Shown one piece after another: positions 28,701 to 36,488 of a DNA stretch of 36,511 nucleotides (its first letter is position 1; every line of letters starts with the position of its first letter). The position numbers and the translations under genes are program-made. Source of the stretch: a virus; IMG/VR virus record IMGVR_UViG_3300045988_094451, positions 1-36,511 of that record; one strand, written 5' to 3'. The notes beneath the pieces are model-generated. The model was not told the DNA's origin. It was given only the letters and a program-made list of their open reading frames with translations, and ran no database searches.

Positions 28701-31073
28701 CATATCGTCCAGAATCAGTTCCACCCGCTTGGCTGCCGCCACGTTCTCCTGCCCCTGATCGGTGATGATCCGCTGGGCTGCGTCGATGATGGCGTCACGG
28801 GAAAGCCCAGTTTCATCCATGGCCTGACGCAGATGGGGCGAGGTCTGCGCCGCCTGCTGGACGGCGTTACCCTCCATGGTCCGCTCGTAACGGCGGCTCA
28901 TGGGCTGCTGGAGGGAGAGGTCTGCATCCGCGATCAGGGCGTTGGCCGCTTCCTGATAATAGCGGTGCAGCTCCGGGTGGTCGAACTGGAAAGCGTTCAC
29001 GTCTCTGCCGCCCACCGTCTCCATCCGCCGCCGGTCGATGTGCTGCTCCGGGTCGATTTGAAACACCTTGCCGGTGGCGTCCATGCCAACGGTTCCGGCT
29101 TCATTGGCCTGATATATGGCGTTTTGCTGCTCCGGCGTCATGGCATCCATATCCGCCCGCTTCTTCCCAAACAAAACCTCAGAGAGAATATCCCGGTTGC
29201 TTTTTGCTTCTGCCTGTGATATATTGTTCTTAGCGAGGATGTCATCAGCCATCGCCTTGGGGAATTGTACCCCATTGGAAAGAAGCTGATGGACGTCCTC
29301 GTTGTTTTTTGTGTAGAGTACATTGCTGTCCGCTTCTCCAAGATAGCTTTGCATGTGGCCTGTCTGGTAAGCGCTGGCAATTCTATTTTCCACACTGATT
29401 GCTCCCTGCTTGTCCAGATGCAGCGGGACAATAATGCTCTTGTCGCCGTCTTTCCACGCGGTCAGCAGCACAATGCTGCTTGGCTGTGTGTTCGACTTCA
29501 AAATCGCAACGGGGTTTTCGATTTGATAGGGGAGCTGCTTTAGAACAGACATACCCAAATTATGTTTGCCGCCCATATACCCTTCCGGGTATGCGATTTT
29601 ATAAGCTGCATCTTGCGTCATTGTCATCGGAAGCGGGTTTGCCCCGTAACGGGTCAAAAGCTCCGGCGTGTCCCCAACAGACAGCAATTTGCCGCTTGGA
29701 TAGTCTCCCGAAAAAACCTTGTCAATATCGCTTCGATACCGCAGCATATTGTCCGTGCTCGTCAGCCTGCCCGCCGTCTCCACACCGGGGGCGGCGTTTT
29801 GCGTACCCTCTGCGGTGTTTGCGGTGGTGGGGGTATAAGTACCCTCCCGCACCTCCGGGCGTACCTCCTGCGTGGGCTGTGCGTCCGCCTGACCGTTTCC
29901 CCGCTGCCGGATTACGTCAACACCTGCGCCGATACCGCCCATAGCAGCGCCCACCGCCGCATCATACAGCGCATCACTCAGATCGAACCGGGCAGAGGGG
30001 TCATAGGTGGCCCGCTGCAAAACGGGCTGGAAAATATCCTCGATAAATTCCTCGCCGCCCTCGGAGATCATGGAGAGGGCCACACGGCCCGCCGTGCTGT
30101 TGTTCAGCTTGGAAAGCGCACTGTTGATGGCGTTGTCCAGAATGCCGCCGCCGAACGCCTTCTTGAAGGGGCTTGCCACGTTGCTGATCTTCTCCGTGGC
30201 AAGGCTCAGAGCGCCGCTTCCCAGTCCGTAGGCAAGCTGCTTGCCATAGGTGGCCCCGGCCTGTCTGGCCCGTTGGGCGCTGCTTCCGGCGGAACGGGCC
30301 GTCATCAGAGCGAGACCGGCTCCGGGGATCACGGCGCTGGCCGCCACGTCCCCCGCCATCTGTACGCCCTGAACGCCCAGATCCACGGCGAACTGGCCCA
30401 CCGGCCCCAGCCCTTTCTTTGCCTGTGCCACATCCGCAGCGGAGCTTTGGGACAGGCGGTCCGCCTTCTGATACGCCTTGTCTGCCACCGCCTTGTCGGA
30501 CCGCTCCACCGCCTTTGTGTAGCCCTCGTGGGCCGCGATGCGGCGTTTTGCCGCCGCAAGGTAGCTCTGCACCTGCTTCACGTCCGCCGCCGTCATGGAC
30601 TTGCCGTTGGCCCACTTCACGTCCCGGAGCATCTTCTCATACCGCTTCACCGCGTCATGGTCGCTTTGCAGGGAATCCCCGGCGTTCTGGTTGGCGATCC
30701 GGGTATTCAGCTTCCCGGCCCCCTCTGCCAGCACACCGCCCAGATTTGTATAGGCGGAGACGACGGACTTCGCTGCACCGGAGATCACCTTCCCCACGCG
30801 CCCGTTATCCAGAGAGGGGGGCGTGGTGCCGCCGGTCTGCACGTCTGCCAGCAGGCGGCTGTTGGGTCGGCTGTTCCCGGTGCTGGCGTTTTCCATAGGC
30901 CGGGGGGAGACAGAAGGCGTAACGGCCTTCGTCTCCTTGACCTTGGCGGGCTGGGTCCCACTCTTCCGCTCGACCGGCGTACCGTCTAAGTGCATCAGAC
31001 CACGCCCGGATGTCGGAACGCTCTGCCCGCCGGTCACAGCTTGCCCGGTTTTGATATACACCAGCTTACCCAT
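25722..31073 (-). CDS. Giant multidomain virion (ejection/internal core-like, polyvalent) protein (1783 aa from ATG 31073)
   Basis: AAGGGG RBS after the upstream stop. It has a tape-measure-like Gly/Ala-rich hydrophobic region (about 29910-30422) and a central globular domain (about 29220-29762). A large C-terminal part contains FWRYTMMLTNPTTHIRNIMGN and RKTPANILTTGLDY. An EF-hand loop DADGNGRVSKAE lies near the C-terminus. Confidence 0.6.
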   Translation of the reverse strand: MGKLVYIKTGQAVTGGQSVPTSGRGLMHLDGTPVERKSGTQPAKVKETKAVTPSVSPRPMENASTGNSRPNSRLLADVQTGGTTPPSLDNGRVGKVISGAAKSVVSAYTNLGGVLAEGAGKLNTRIANQNAGDSLQSDHDAVKRYEKMLRDVKWANGKSMTAADVKQVQSYLAAAKRRIAAHEGYTKAVERSDKAVADKAYQKADRLSQSSAADVAQAKKGLGPVGQFAVDLGVQGVQMAGDVAASAVIPGAGLALMTARSAGSSAQRARQAGATYGKQLAYGLGSGALSLATEKISNVASPFKKAFGGGILDNAINSALSKLNNSTAGRVALSMISEGGEEFIEDIFQPVLQRATYDPSARFDLSDALYDAAVGAAMGGIGAGVDVIRQRGNGQADAQPTQEVRPEVREGTYTPTTANTAEGTQNAAPGVETAGRLTSTDNMLRYRSDIDKVFSGDYPSGKLLSVGDTPELLTRYGANPLPMTMTQDAAYKIAYPEGYMGGKHNLGMSVLKQLPYQIENPVAILKSNTQPSSIVLLTAWKDGDKSIIVPLHLDKQGAISVENRIASAYQTGHMQSYLGEADSNVLYTKNNEDVHQLLSNGVQFPKAMADDILAKNNISQAEAKSNRDILSEVLFGKKRADMDAMTPEQQNAIYQANEAGTVGMDATGKVFQIDPEQHIDRRRMETVGGRDVNAFQFDHPELHRYYQEAANALIADADLSLQQPMSRRYERTMEGNAVQQAAQTSPHLRQAMDETGLSRDAIIDAAQRIITDQGQENVAAAKRVELILDDMLSNGYTTMTGEQVGPNSGYLTAKQSILGAGEQAQGRGLEDVDAFDTPGDAVAGAVNTPFDTMQAKSDEFYPVNPNSAQRIQANQRRAPSEVPVVNPDTGRNVEKTVSTILNSPLTSPEMATVYENAIAGGAFDYDVVTDRSAVQQAQAKIARDGWREVANSFIAKAELGQRITKADTAEAISAYNLAISEGDHKAAFELATAIADAAHDSAQMVQAMNLMNRLTPEGRLLTLRRLVDRMNDRAARQNRAPRQSAANSGDVEGARVDYIDKVTGFTLSDELATNYLMAETDAERAAAWDAITTSIADQIPSTFREKANFWRYTMMLTNPTTHIRNIMGNAIQFGARKIKDGIGTAIERAVIKDPSQRTKAVNVDKDLKAFAKGQYETDQNAAMGSGKYSDATAAGIEREIQSKRKMFKGEDVLSRAVQSIGDLNSRALDYEDVIFNRNAYVDSFAQALQAKGVTAAEAHAGTRAADVEAARAYAIEEAQRATYRNTTALSEALSKMGRYQGDNQVLRAASFAADAFIPFRKTPANILTTGLDYSPIGLGKGIKEAMFDVKSGKCTAADAVDSIASGLTGTGILALGAYLAAEGLLHVRAGDDDKEEAFEKSMGGQDYAIQIGDKSYTLDWAVPAAMPLFAGAAIMESVRKGGGTFDALVDSLLGMQDVVLETSMLSSLNDLVSNISYAKSKPMYLIDRAASSYAGQYIPTIGSKVASVFDDTVRKSYVEKGSGQVASDVNYFLQGAAKKVPGARNQLQPMVDMWGNEVSNGSAPERVFQSFLSPGFLKPQDNSPATQEIRRLAKATGDSTVYPAAAEKSYTVKGETRTMTGEEYTRYAKAMGQTRRKLVEAAVKLPAYKSMSNAEKADYIQNVYKYARETARQQVDPKYEPSAKWIENAKTSKRDIGVSTGEFLALYQQYGSEKMSGKAYEKVKQAHDAGLSPKEYFSMKDRADADGNGRVSKAEASAALAGQENRADLWDIICTTNAKNPYK

Positions 31074-31077
31074 ACTG

Positions 31078-33108
31078 TCACCCCTTGTAAACAATGCCGT
31101 AAGGCTTCAAAACTTCTGCGTTGATTCGCCGCTGCTGCTCTGCCGTCAGCTTAGACCAGTTGTTATCCAGCCACCGGCCCACCTTTTCAGTGTTGCCGTT
31201 CTTCAGGTCCGTGTTCAGGCCGGATGCCCATGCAGCGAGGTTGCCGACGTTTTCATACTTGCTGCTACCGCTGCTGCCGCCCTGATACTTCGCCCATGCC
31301 TGGTCAGCCGTCAGGCCGCCTGCGGCCTTCTTGGAGTTGGTGCCCCACTTGCCGTCCTGAGACACGCCGTAGTATTTCTGGAGCTGCTTCACCTGCTGAT
31401 TGGTTAGGGAGCCGTTGGAGTAGCTTCCCTTCTTTTTGCCGGTGCTGCCGCTGCCGGTTTTGGCAGTGCCGGTTGTCCCCGCCGTCAACCTGCCGGTGCC
31501 GTACAGGGAATCATAGGCCCCCTGCCCGTAGTAGTAATCAAAGGCGGAGATCACATCATCCGTCACAATGCCGTTTTTCAGGGCAGACTGCACCTGACTG
31601 GCGGTCAGCGTCGGCTTTACCACGGCGCTGCCGGAAGAACCGGAGCCGGAGCCGCCGGTCTGCCCGCCGTACTTGGCGTAGAGATTCTGTTGCCGGACGT
31701 ATTCCTCATACAGGGCGTTTGCCAGCTCCGCGTCTCCTGTGGCCTCTGCCTTGGCAATGGCGTTCCGGTACTCCGTGTCAAGCTGGCTCCGCTGGAGGTC
31801 AATGGCCGCCGTCTTTTCCGCCTGCTCCCGGTCGATCTGGGAAAGGTTCTGCTGGAGCACAACATCCTGTGCCAGCGCCGCCTGCCCGGTGGTGCCGGTG
31901 TTCAGGCCGTTTGCCACTGCCATCTCCTGAAACGCGCCCCGGCTCAATGCGTTCTGGTTGGCCGCGCTGTTCCGGGCAATGTCATACACCGGTGCGATCT
32001 GCGCACGGCTGGCGTCCAGTGTGGCGGTGTTCTGCTCGTAAGCGGATTTCAGCGCCGCCAGCTCTGCCGCCACCTTCTTAGCGTATAACTCCTTCAGATA
32101 GTCGTTGCCGTCCCCGATGTCAAAACTCATGCCGGTCTGCACGGTGCCGGGTTTCTGCACCGGCACATTCCCGGCGCTGATGTCCGTGACCCGCTGCTGA
32201 CCGTATGCCGGAGTACCGGCCTGCGTGCCGCCGTTCGCCGCCAGATAGTCCCCGAAGGACTGTACCTTGCCGTTGGCCTGTGCGGAGGGGGAGGCGTCCG
32301 TTCCCATGAGATAGCGGTAATAGTCCAGCTCTGCACTCTCCGGGCTGGTGGAAAGGCCCAGCTGCTTCCGGCGGTCATTCACGGCAGACAGCGCACCGCT
32401 GTCCGTGACGAGGCCGTTCTTGTCAATGGTGTAGCCGTACCCAGCACGGATGGCGTTTGCTGCCTGGTTCGCCTGATCGCCGGTGATCTCGCCCCGCTGA
32501 AGCCGGTTGCGGATATCCTGAATCTTGGAGCGGTCCAGTGCGGACAGCATTTCGTTGTCCGTCCACGCACCGCTCTTGTTGTAGCTGTCATTCCCGGCGT
32601 TGATATCCTGATGGGGGGTGTAGTCCGCCGCCCCCTTCACCGCCTTGTAAGCATAGCCGTTGTCATCATAAAACACGGTGTAGCCGTTGGAGACCTGCGC
32701 CTTACCCGCCAGATCCTGACGGCGGCTCATATCTGCGCCCACCTGATAAGTTACACCGCCCTGCTTGTAGTTTTTCACTTCGGAGTTGCTGGTGGGCATC
32801 CCGTAAACGCCACCGCCGTTGTCCTCGCGGGTGTATTCCACGCCCTTGTAGCTGCCCTGAGAGCTACCGCCGGAGGAACCGCTGTTTCCACGGTTGCTGC
32901 TGGAGGAGCTGCTGCCGCGATTGCTGGACCCGCCGGTACCCATAATATCATTCTTGCCCTTATACGGGTCCTTGCCCCCGTATACATCATTGATCTTGTT
33001 CTGCCGCTCTTGGCGCAGCTTGTCAATTTTATCCTGGCTATCGCCTCGCTGCTGCGCCTTTACGATCTCAAGAGAGTAGTCTTTTCCTTTCTCGTAGTAG
33101 CCTGCCAT
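31078..33108 (-). CDS. Large virion-associated protein with peptidoglycan-binding-like motif (676 aa)
   Basis: Ser/Gly low-complexity linkers and a coiled coil. VKQLQKYYGVSQDGKWGTNSKKAAGGLTADQAW resembles the PG_binding_1 signature. Confidence 0.55.
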   Translation of the reverse strand: MAGYYEKGKDYSLEIVKAQQRGDSQDKIDKLRQERQNKINDVYGGKDPYKGKNDIMGTGGSSNRGSSSSSSNRGNSGSSGGSSQGSYKGVEYTREDNGGGVYGMPTSNSEVKNYKQGGVTYQVGADMSRRQDLAGKAQVSNGYTVFYDDNGYAYKAVKGAADYTPHQDINAGNDSYNKSGAWTDNEMLSALDRSKIQDIRNRLQRGEITGDQANQAANAIRAGYGYTIDKNGLVTDSGALSAVNDRRKQLGLSTSPESAELDYYRYLMGTDASPSAQANGKVQSFGDYLAANGGTQAGTPAYGQQRVTDISAGNVPVQKPGTVQTGMSFDIGDGNDYLKELYAKKVAAELAALKSAYEQNTATLDASRAQIAPVYDIARNSAANQNALSRGAFQEMAVANGLNTGTTGQAALAQDVVLQQNLSQIDREQAEKTAAIDLQRSQLDTEYRNAIAKAEATGDAELANALYEEYVRQQNLYAKYGGQTGGSGSGSSGSAVVKPTLTASQVQSALKNGIVTDDVISAFDYYYGQGAYDSLYGTGRLTAGTTGTAKTGSGSTGKKKGSYSNGSLTNQQVKQLQKYYGVSQDGKWGTNSKKAAGGLTADQAWAKYQGGSSGSSKYENVGNLAAWASGLNTDLKNGNTEKVGRWLDNNWSKLTAEQQRRINAEVLKPYGIVYKG

Positions 33109-33120
33109 ACTTGGCCCTCC

Positions 33121-34146
33121 TTATCCGTTCCAATCGGCCCGGGCCTCCCGCACGTCGATGTGGGTAAAGCCCTGTCCGGCGTACACGCCCACGCCGCCCC
33201 AGTCGGGCATGAGTTCTCTGGCATAAGCCGCCACCGCTGCCGGGGTCTTGCCACGTACCACAATGTCAGCCGCCGTGCCATAGCAGTGCTGGCTGTGGGC
33301 CACGCCGCCGACCTTGGTATTGTACTGCGGCGTCCGATACCCGCTGTTGATGGTCACAGCCGTGCCAAAATGGCTGCGGATGCTTTGCAGTACCATCACC
33401 AGCCGGGGCGCTACCAGCACGGCATCGGAGCCGTCCTTGCAGGCAAATTCTTTCACTTTAAAATGGGTGGACAGCTTCTTGCCGCCGTCCTTCGCCTTAG
33501 AATAGGCGTTGATCTCTACCATAGGTTTCTCTCCTTCCGGCTCACACGCGTCTCCGCGTTTCTTTTTCCACACGAGGAAGAACGGGATCACCCGCCCGTC
33601 CCCAGTAAAGCCCTTGCCTGTCGAATCCATGAAGCAGGTAGACCCGCCGCCGTCCATCATAATGGCGTTGTCCCAGCCGTAGGACGCCAGCAGGTCACGG
33701 AGCTGTTCCGGTGTCCGCCGGTCCTTGCTCACATAGTAGGCGAACCGCCCGTTCTTGGTGCCGATGGCCGTCCGGGGGGCACGGTAGCGCATATCCGACC
33801 CGCAGGTAACGGGGCTGATCTTCTTCCCGCCGATGATGAGGTGGACACACTCCATGTAATTCCGGTCCCCGTTGGGCACGGTTTTCACGCCGAAGTCCGC
33901 CGGGGTGTTCCAACTGATGGCCCACGCCCGGTAATTGGGGGCCTTGTAGACCTTGCCGTCTGCCTTCAGGTGGCAGGCGGGCTGCTGATTCCGCAGGAAA
34001 ATGGAGCCATTGCAGATAGCGTCCCCGCCCGCCTCCGCCAGCATCTTCTTCATGTTGGCCGTGGTGGAGCGGAGACGCCGCTTATTGAAATAGATCTTCA
34101 AAAATTGGAGATCGGAGAGCGGGACAGTGCCCGCTCTCGTGCTCAT
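33121..34146 (-). CDS. Endolysin: phosphodiester-glycosidase (NAGPA)-like domain plus M15-type zinc peptidase (341 aa from ATG 34146)
   Basis: ATGA overlap with the holin stop, preceded by GGAGG. N-terminal domain: AICNGSIF...NAIMMDGGGSTCF. C-terminal domain: FACKDG...SGYRTPQYNTKVGGVAHSQHCYGTAADI...FTHIDVR. Confidence 0.8.
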   Translation of the reverse strand: MSTRAGTVPLSDLQFLKIYFNKRRLRSTTANMKKMLAEAGGDAICNGSIFLRNQQPACHLKADGKVYKAPNYRAWAISWNTPADFGVKTVPNGDRNYMECVHLIIGGKKISPVTCGSDMRYRAPRTAIGTKNGRFAYYVSKDRRTPEQLRDLLASYGWDNAIMMDGGGSTCFMDSTGKGFTGDGRVIPFFLVWKKKRGDACEPEGEKPMVEINAYSKAKDGGKKLSTHFKVKEFACKDGSDAVLVAPRLVMVLQSIRSHFGTAVTINSGYRTPQYNTKVGGVAHSQHCYGTAADIVVRGKTPAAVAAYARELMPDWGGVGVYAGQGFTHIDVREARADWNG

Positions 34147-34598
34147 ATGTGAGCCTCCGTATTCTGTTTCCCCTGATCGCTGGCCTGACGGATGGCATCC
34201 AGCATATTCTTGATGAAGGTAGGGTAGGGGACCCCCATCACTGCCGTATTCTCCAAAATCGACAGGCCCTCGTTTGCGATGAAAAACATACAAATTGCGT
34301 CACGGGCAAAGTCGCTCCCGGTGGCCTGGTCCAGCAATGCCGCCATCCACACGAGACACAACATAACGCCCTTGCGAACCAGGCCCTTATAGCTGGCATT
34401 GGATTCCAGCGCCCCGGTTTTGCTTTTGCTGGACTTGTGCCAGATGGCTGCCACCAGCCAACCCGTGGCGTAATCCAACGCCATAAAGCAGATCAAGACT
34501 TTGAGCGCCACGTCCCAACCTCCAAGTGCCTGGGCGATGGCGGAGCCGGTCGCAGCCAGCACCGCCAACACCGTGTTTTTGATGTGTAAAGCGTTCAT
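34143..34598 (-). CDS. Holin, TcdE / phage_holin_4_1-like (151 aa)
   Basis: GWDVALKVLICFMALDYATGW and FFIANEGLSILENTAVMGVPYP are family hallmarks. Three TM segments. AAAGGAG RBS. Confidence 0.85.
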   Translation of the reverse strand: MNALHIKNTVLAVLAATGSAIAQALGGWDVALKVLICFMALDYATGWLVAAIWHKSSKSKTGALESNASYKGLVRKGVMLCLVWMAALLDQATGSDFARDAICMFFIANEGLSILENTAVMGVPYPTFIKNMLDAIRQASDQGKQNTEAHI

Positions 34599-34626
34599 TG
34601 TATCTCCTTTCTGTTTTTCCGTCTTG

Positions 34627-34893
34627 CTATCGTGCAGTTAAAACCAACAGCCCGATTGCGTGCCACACGCATACCGAGCCGTACACGACCGCGCACAGCG
34701 TTAAGCCCCGCCGCGCCTCGCGCGTCCCTCGCCTGTCGAGCCACAGCGCCAGCGCGGGCACGACCATGCCTTTGTACCACAGCATTACCGCCGCACTTTG
34801 CAGCAGCGGGTTTAGCTCCACGCAGCCGCGGCGCAGCGCCCAAAGCGTGCAGGCGAGGTCGCAAAAGTTCAGCGTAATTACCGCTAACGTCAT
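34627..34893 (-). CDS. Small polytopic membrane protein, DUF5658-like (88 aa from ATG 34893)
   Basis: GAGGAGG lies 7 nt upstream of the ATG. LNFCDLACTLWALRRGCVELNPLL fits the D...T......G..E.NP motif. Confidence 0.5.
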   Translation of the reverse strand: MTLAVITLNFCDLACTLWALRRGCVELNPLLQSAAVMLWYKGMVVPALALWLDRRGTREARRGLTLCAVVYGSVCVWHAIGLLVLTAR

Positions 34894-34907
34894 GTCACGT
34901 CCTCCTC

Positions 34908-36488
34908 TTAGGGGAGCTCTTGGAGGCGGCAGCCCTTGCTCGCGCTCACGTTGGACTCGCGGCCGTGGACCATGCAAAACATGCCGCAACCTTGGTACCA
35001 GATGAAGTCACCGCCACGGCACAGGCACGGAGTGCCAGAGTTCCAATCCCAGGTATCCGGCAGACTTGGCGCTCCCTGCGGCGCGTTTTGGCTCGACAGA
35101 AAGACCGGGAACGCGCCCGCCCCGTCCTTGCAGACGTAGCTTTTCGGATATCCGCTTGGCGCGGGGATGCCGACGCTCACGCCGCCGCTGTTGTCGGAAA
35201 AAGTACTCGGCTTTAAGTTGATCAAAAGCCCGTTCGAGGTGTAGCGGCAGCCGTCCACCCAGTCGTAGCAGTTATCCCAGTACCCTTCAATGTTCCGGTA
35301 CTGCGTGGTTGCGCCGTACGTCGTGCGGCTCGCCGCCATCGTGCCGGTGTGATACGGCATGGCGTCCGTGTAGCCCATGGTTTCAATGCCGTCGCTGTTG
35401 CCGCAGCCGTAGCCAATGACCGCCTGCGAATCCCAGTTGGCAAACTCCACGATGTACAAAAGCCAGATCGTGAACATCATGGCATAGTCGCTCTGCCACA
35501 CATTCGGCGCGATCTCGGCGATGTTAAGACGTGCCGTGGAGCGGGTGATATTTACCTTCGGCCTTTCACCGCCGTAGCTCTTATAGTCGCTCGCGCGGCA
35601 GTGATAGCGCCCGATGTATACGACTTCGCGCTCGCCGAACCCGTCGCCCCTGTACATGTGCGCGGGCGAGACGTGAAACCCCTCCTTCGGCGCGTCCGCG
35701 ATCTGGATGCGGATGCCGTAGCCGTTGCTGTCCACGCCATTTTCGATGCGATACCAGAAGCGCGGGATCGCTACCATCTTTCCGCCTGCGCGTTCAAAGA
35801 CCTTCATCCCGCTCCACGGCAGGAGATTGTCGAACGGCGAGCCGTAATTGCTCTGTCCCGCCACGTATGCGACGGGATCGGCAAAATTGGCGGCGTCGCC
35901 GATGCGCTTGAGCTTGTTGCCTGCGCCCGCGCTCCACTCGACGCCGTAAATGCCTGTGCCCTGTGCGATTACGACGGGGTAGACCTGTGTTCCGCCGAAA
36001 AGCAGCGTCCTTGTGGAAAATTGGATGTTCAGCGCATAGCGCCCGCCGCCCGCCTCCGTGCGGTAGTCGAGTGTTGTCCACACGCCGGTCTTGAGCGTGG
36101 ACCGGCAGCAGTAAGCGTCGCGCATCGTTATCTCCGTCGTCGCGCTGTTGTAGGCGGTCACGGCAAAGTTGCTCATGAGGAACACCACGTCAAGCACGTC
36201 GCCACCGGAAAAGATCACATACCCCGCATACGCGCCCGTGTACAGCGTCTTTGCCTTTGCGACATAGCTTGCGTATGCGCTTGGGGCGGGAATGTCGGCC
36301 TCGTTGATGCCTCCGCCAGAACCGCCGCCAGAACCGCCGCCGCCGGAACCGCCGCCGCTTTCCTCCAGCGTGCCGATCAGCTTCTGCCCCTTGGCGTAGG
36401 CGATCTTGCCCTTTCGCAGATCGCCCGCCTCTGCCGTTGCGTCGCTCGTGTCCGTGCCGGTCTGGATATTTGCGATGGTTTCCGGCAT
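34908..36488 (-). CDS. Tail fibre / receptor-binding protein with FGE-type C-type-lectin-like C-terminal domain (526 aa)
   Basis: Tail-fibre N-terminus TDTSDATAEAGDLRKGKIAYAKGQKLIGT, then a (G3-4S) linker. In the C-terminal half, YRNIEGYWDNCYDWVDG parallels the GIEN.WGNVWEWVDG motif. The terminal CRGGDF...GMFCMVHGRESNVSASKGCRL parallels RGGSW...G.F......SN.....GFR. Confidence 0.7.
   Translation of the reverse strand: MPETIANIQTGTDTSDATAEAGDLRKGKIAYAKGQKLIGTLEESGGGSGGGGSGGGSGGGINEADIPAPSAYASYVAKAKTLYTGAYAGYVIFSGGDVLDVVFLMSNFAVTAYNSATTEITMRDAYCCRSTLKTGVWTTLDYRTEAGGGRYALNIQFSTRTLLFGGTQVYPVVIAQGTGIYGVEWSAGAGNKLKRIGDAANFADPVAYVAGQSNYGSPFDNLLPWSGMKVFERAGGKMVAIPRFWYRIENGVDSNGYGIRIQIADAPKEGFHVSPAHMYRGDGFGEREVVYIGRYHCRASDYKSYGGERPKVNITRSTARLNIAEIAPNVWQSDYAMMFTIWLLYIVEFANWDSQAVIGYGCGNSDGIETMGYTDAMPYHTGTMAASRTTYGATTQYRNIEGYWDNCYDWVDGCRYTSNGLLINLKPSTFSDNSGGVSVGIPAPSGYPKSYVCKDGAGAFPVFLSSQNAPQGAPSLPDTWDWNSGTPCLCRGGDFIWYQGCGMFCMVHGRESNVSASKGCRLQELP

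Larger units (their letters stand above)
1..36456. mobile_element. Complete circularly closed temperate phage genome, podovirus-like structural module
   Basis: The 55-nt ends are identical. All phage modules are present (integrase, switch, recombination, capsid, portal, terminase, fibres, lysis). The late genes are co-oriented and continuous across the junction. Confidence 0.8.

Noticed and set aside
25893-34152. Long plus-strand ORFs at 25893-28589, 28665-29219, 29562-30989, 31224-32081 and 32611-34152
   Set aside because: These are antisense shadows of the 1783-aa, 676-aa and endolysin genes. The minus-strand products have clear motifs (M15 peptidase, EF-hand, PG-binding-like) and coupled RBSs. 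The plus-strand products are Arg/Pro/Gly/Leu-rich.
34908-35100. An active diversity-generating retroelement acting on the receptor-binding protein
   Set aside because: No reverse transcriptase ORF and no template-repeat copy could be seen in the 36.5 kb. Only the fold and layout resemblance is retained as a finding.
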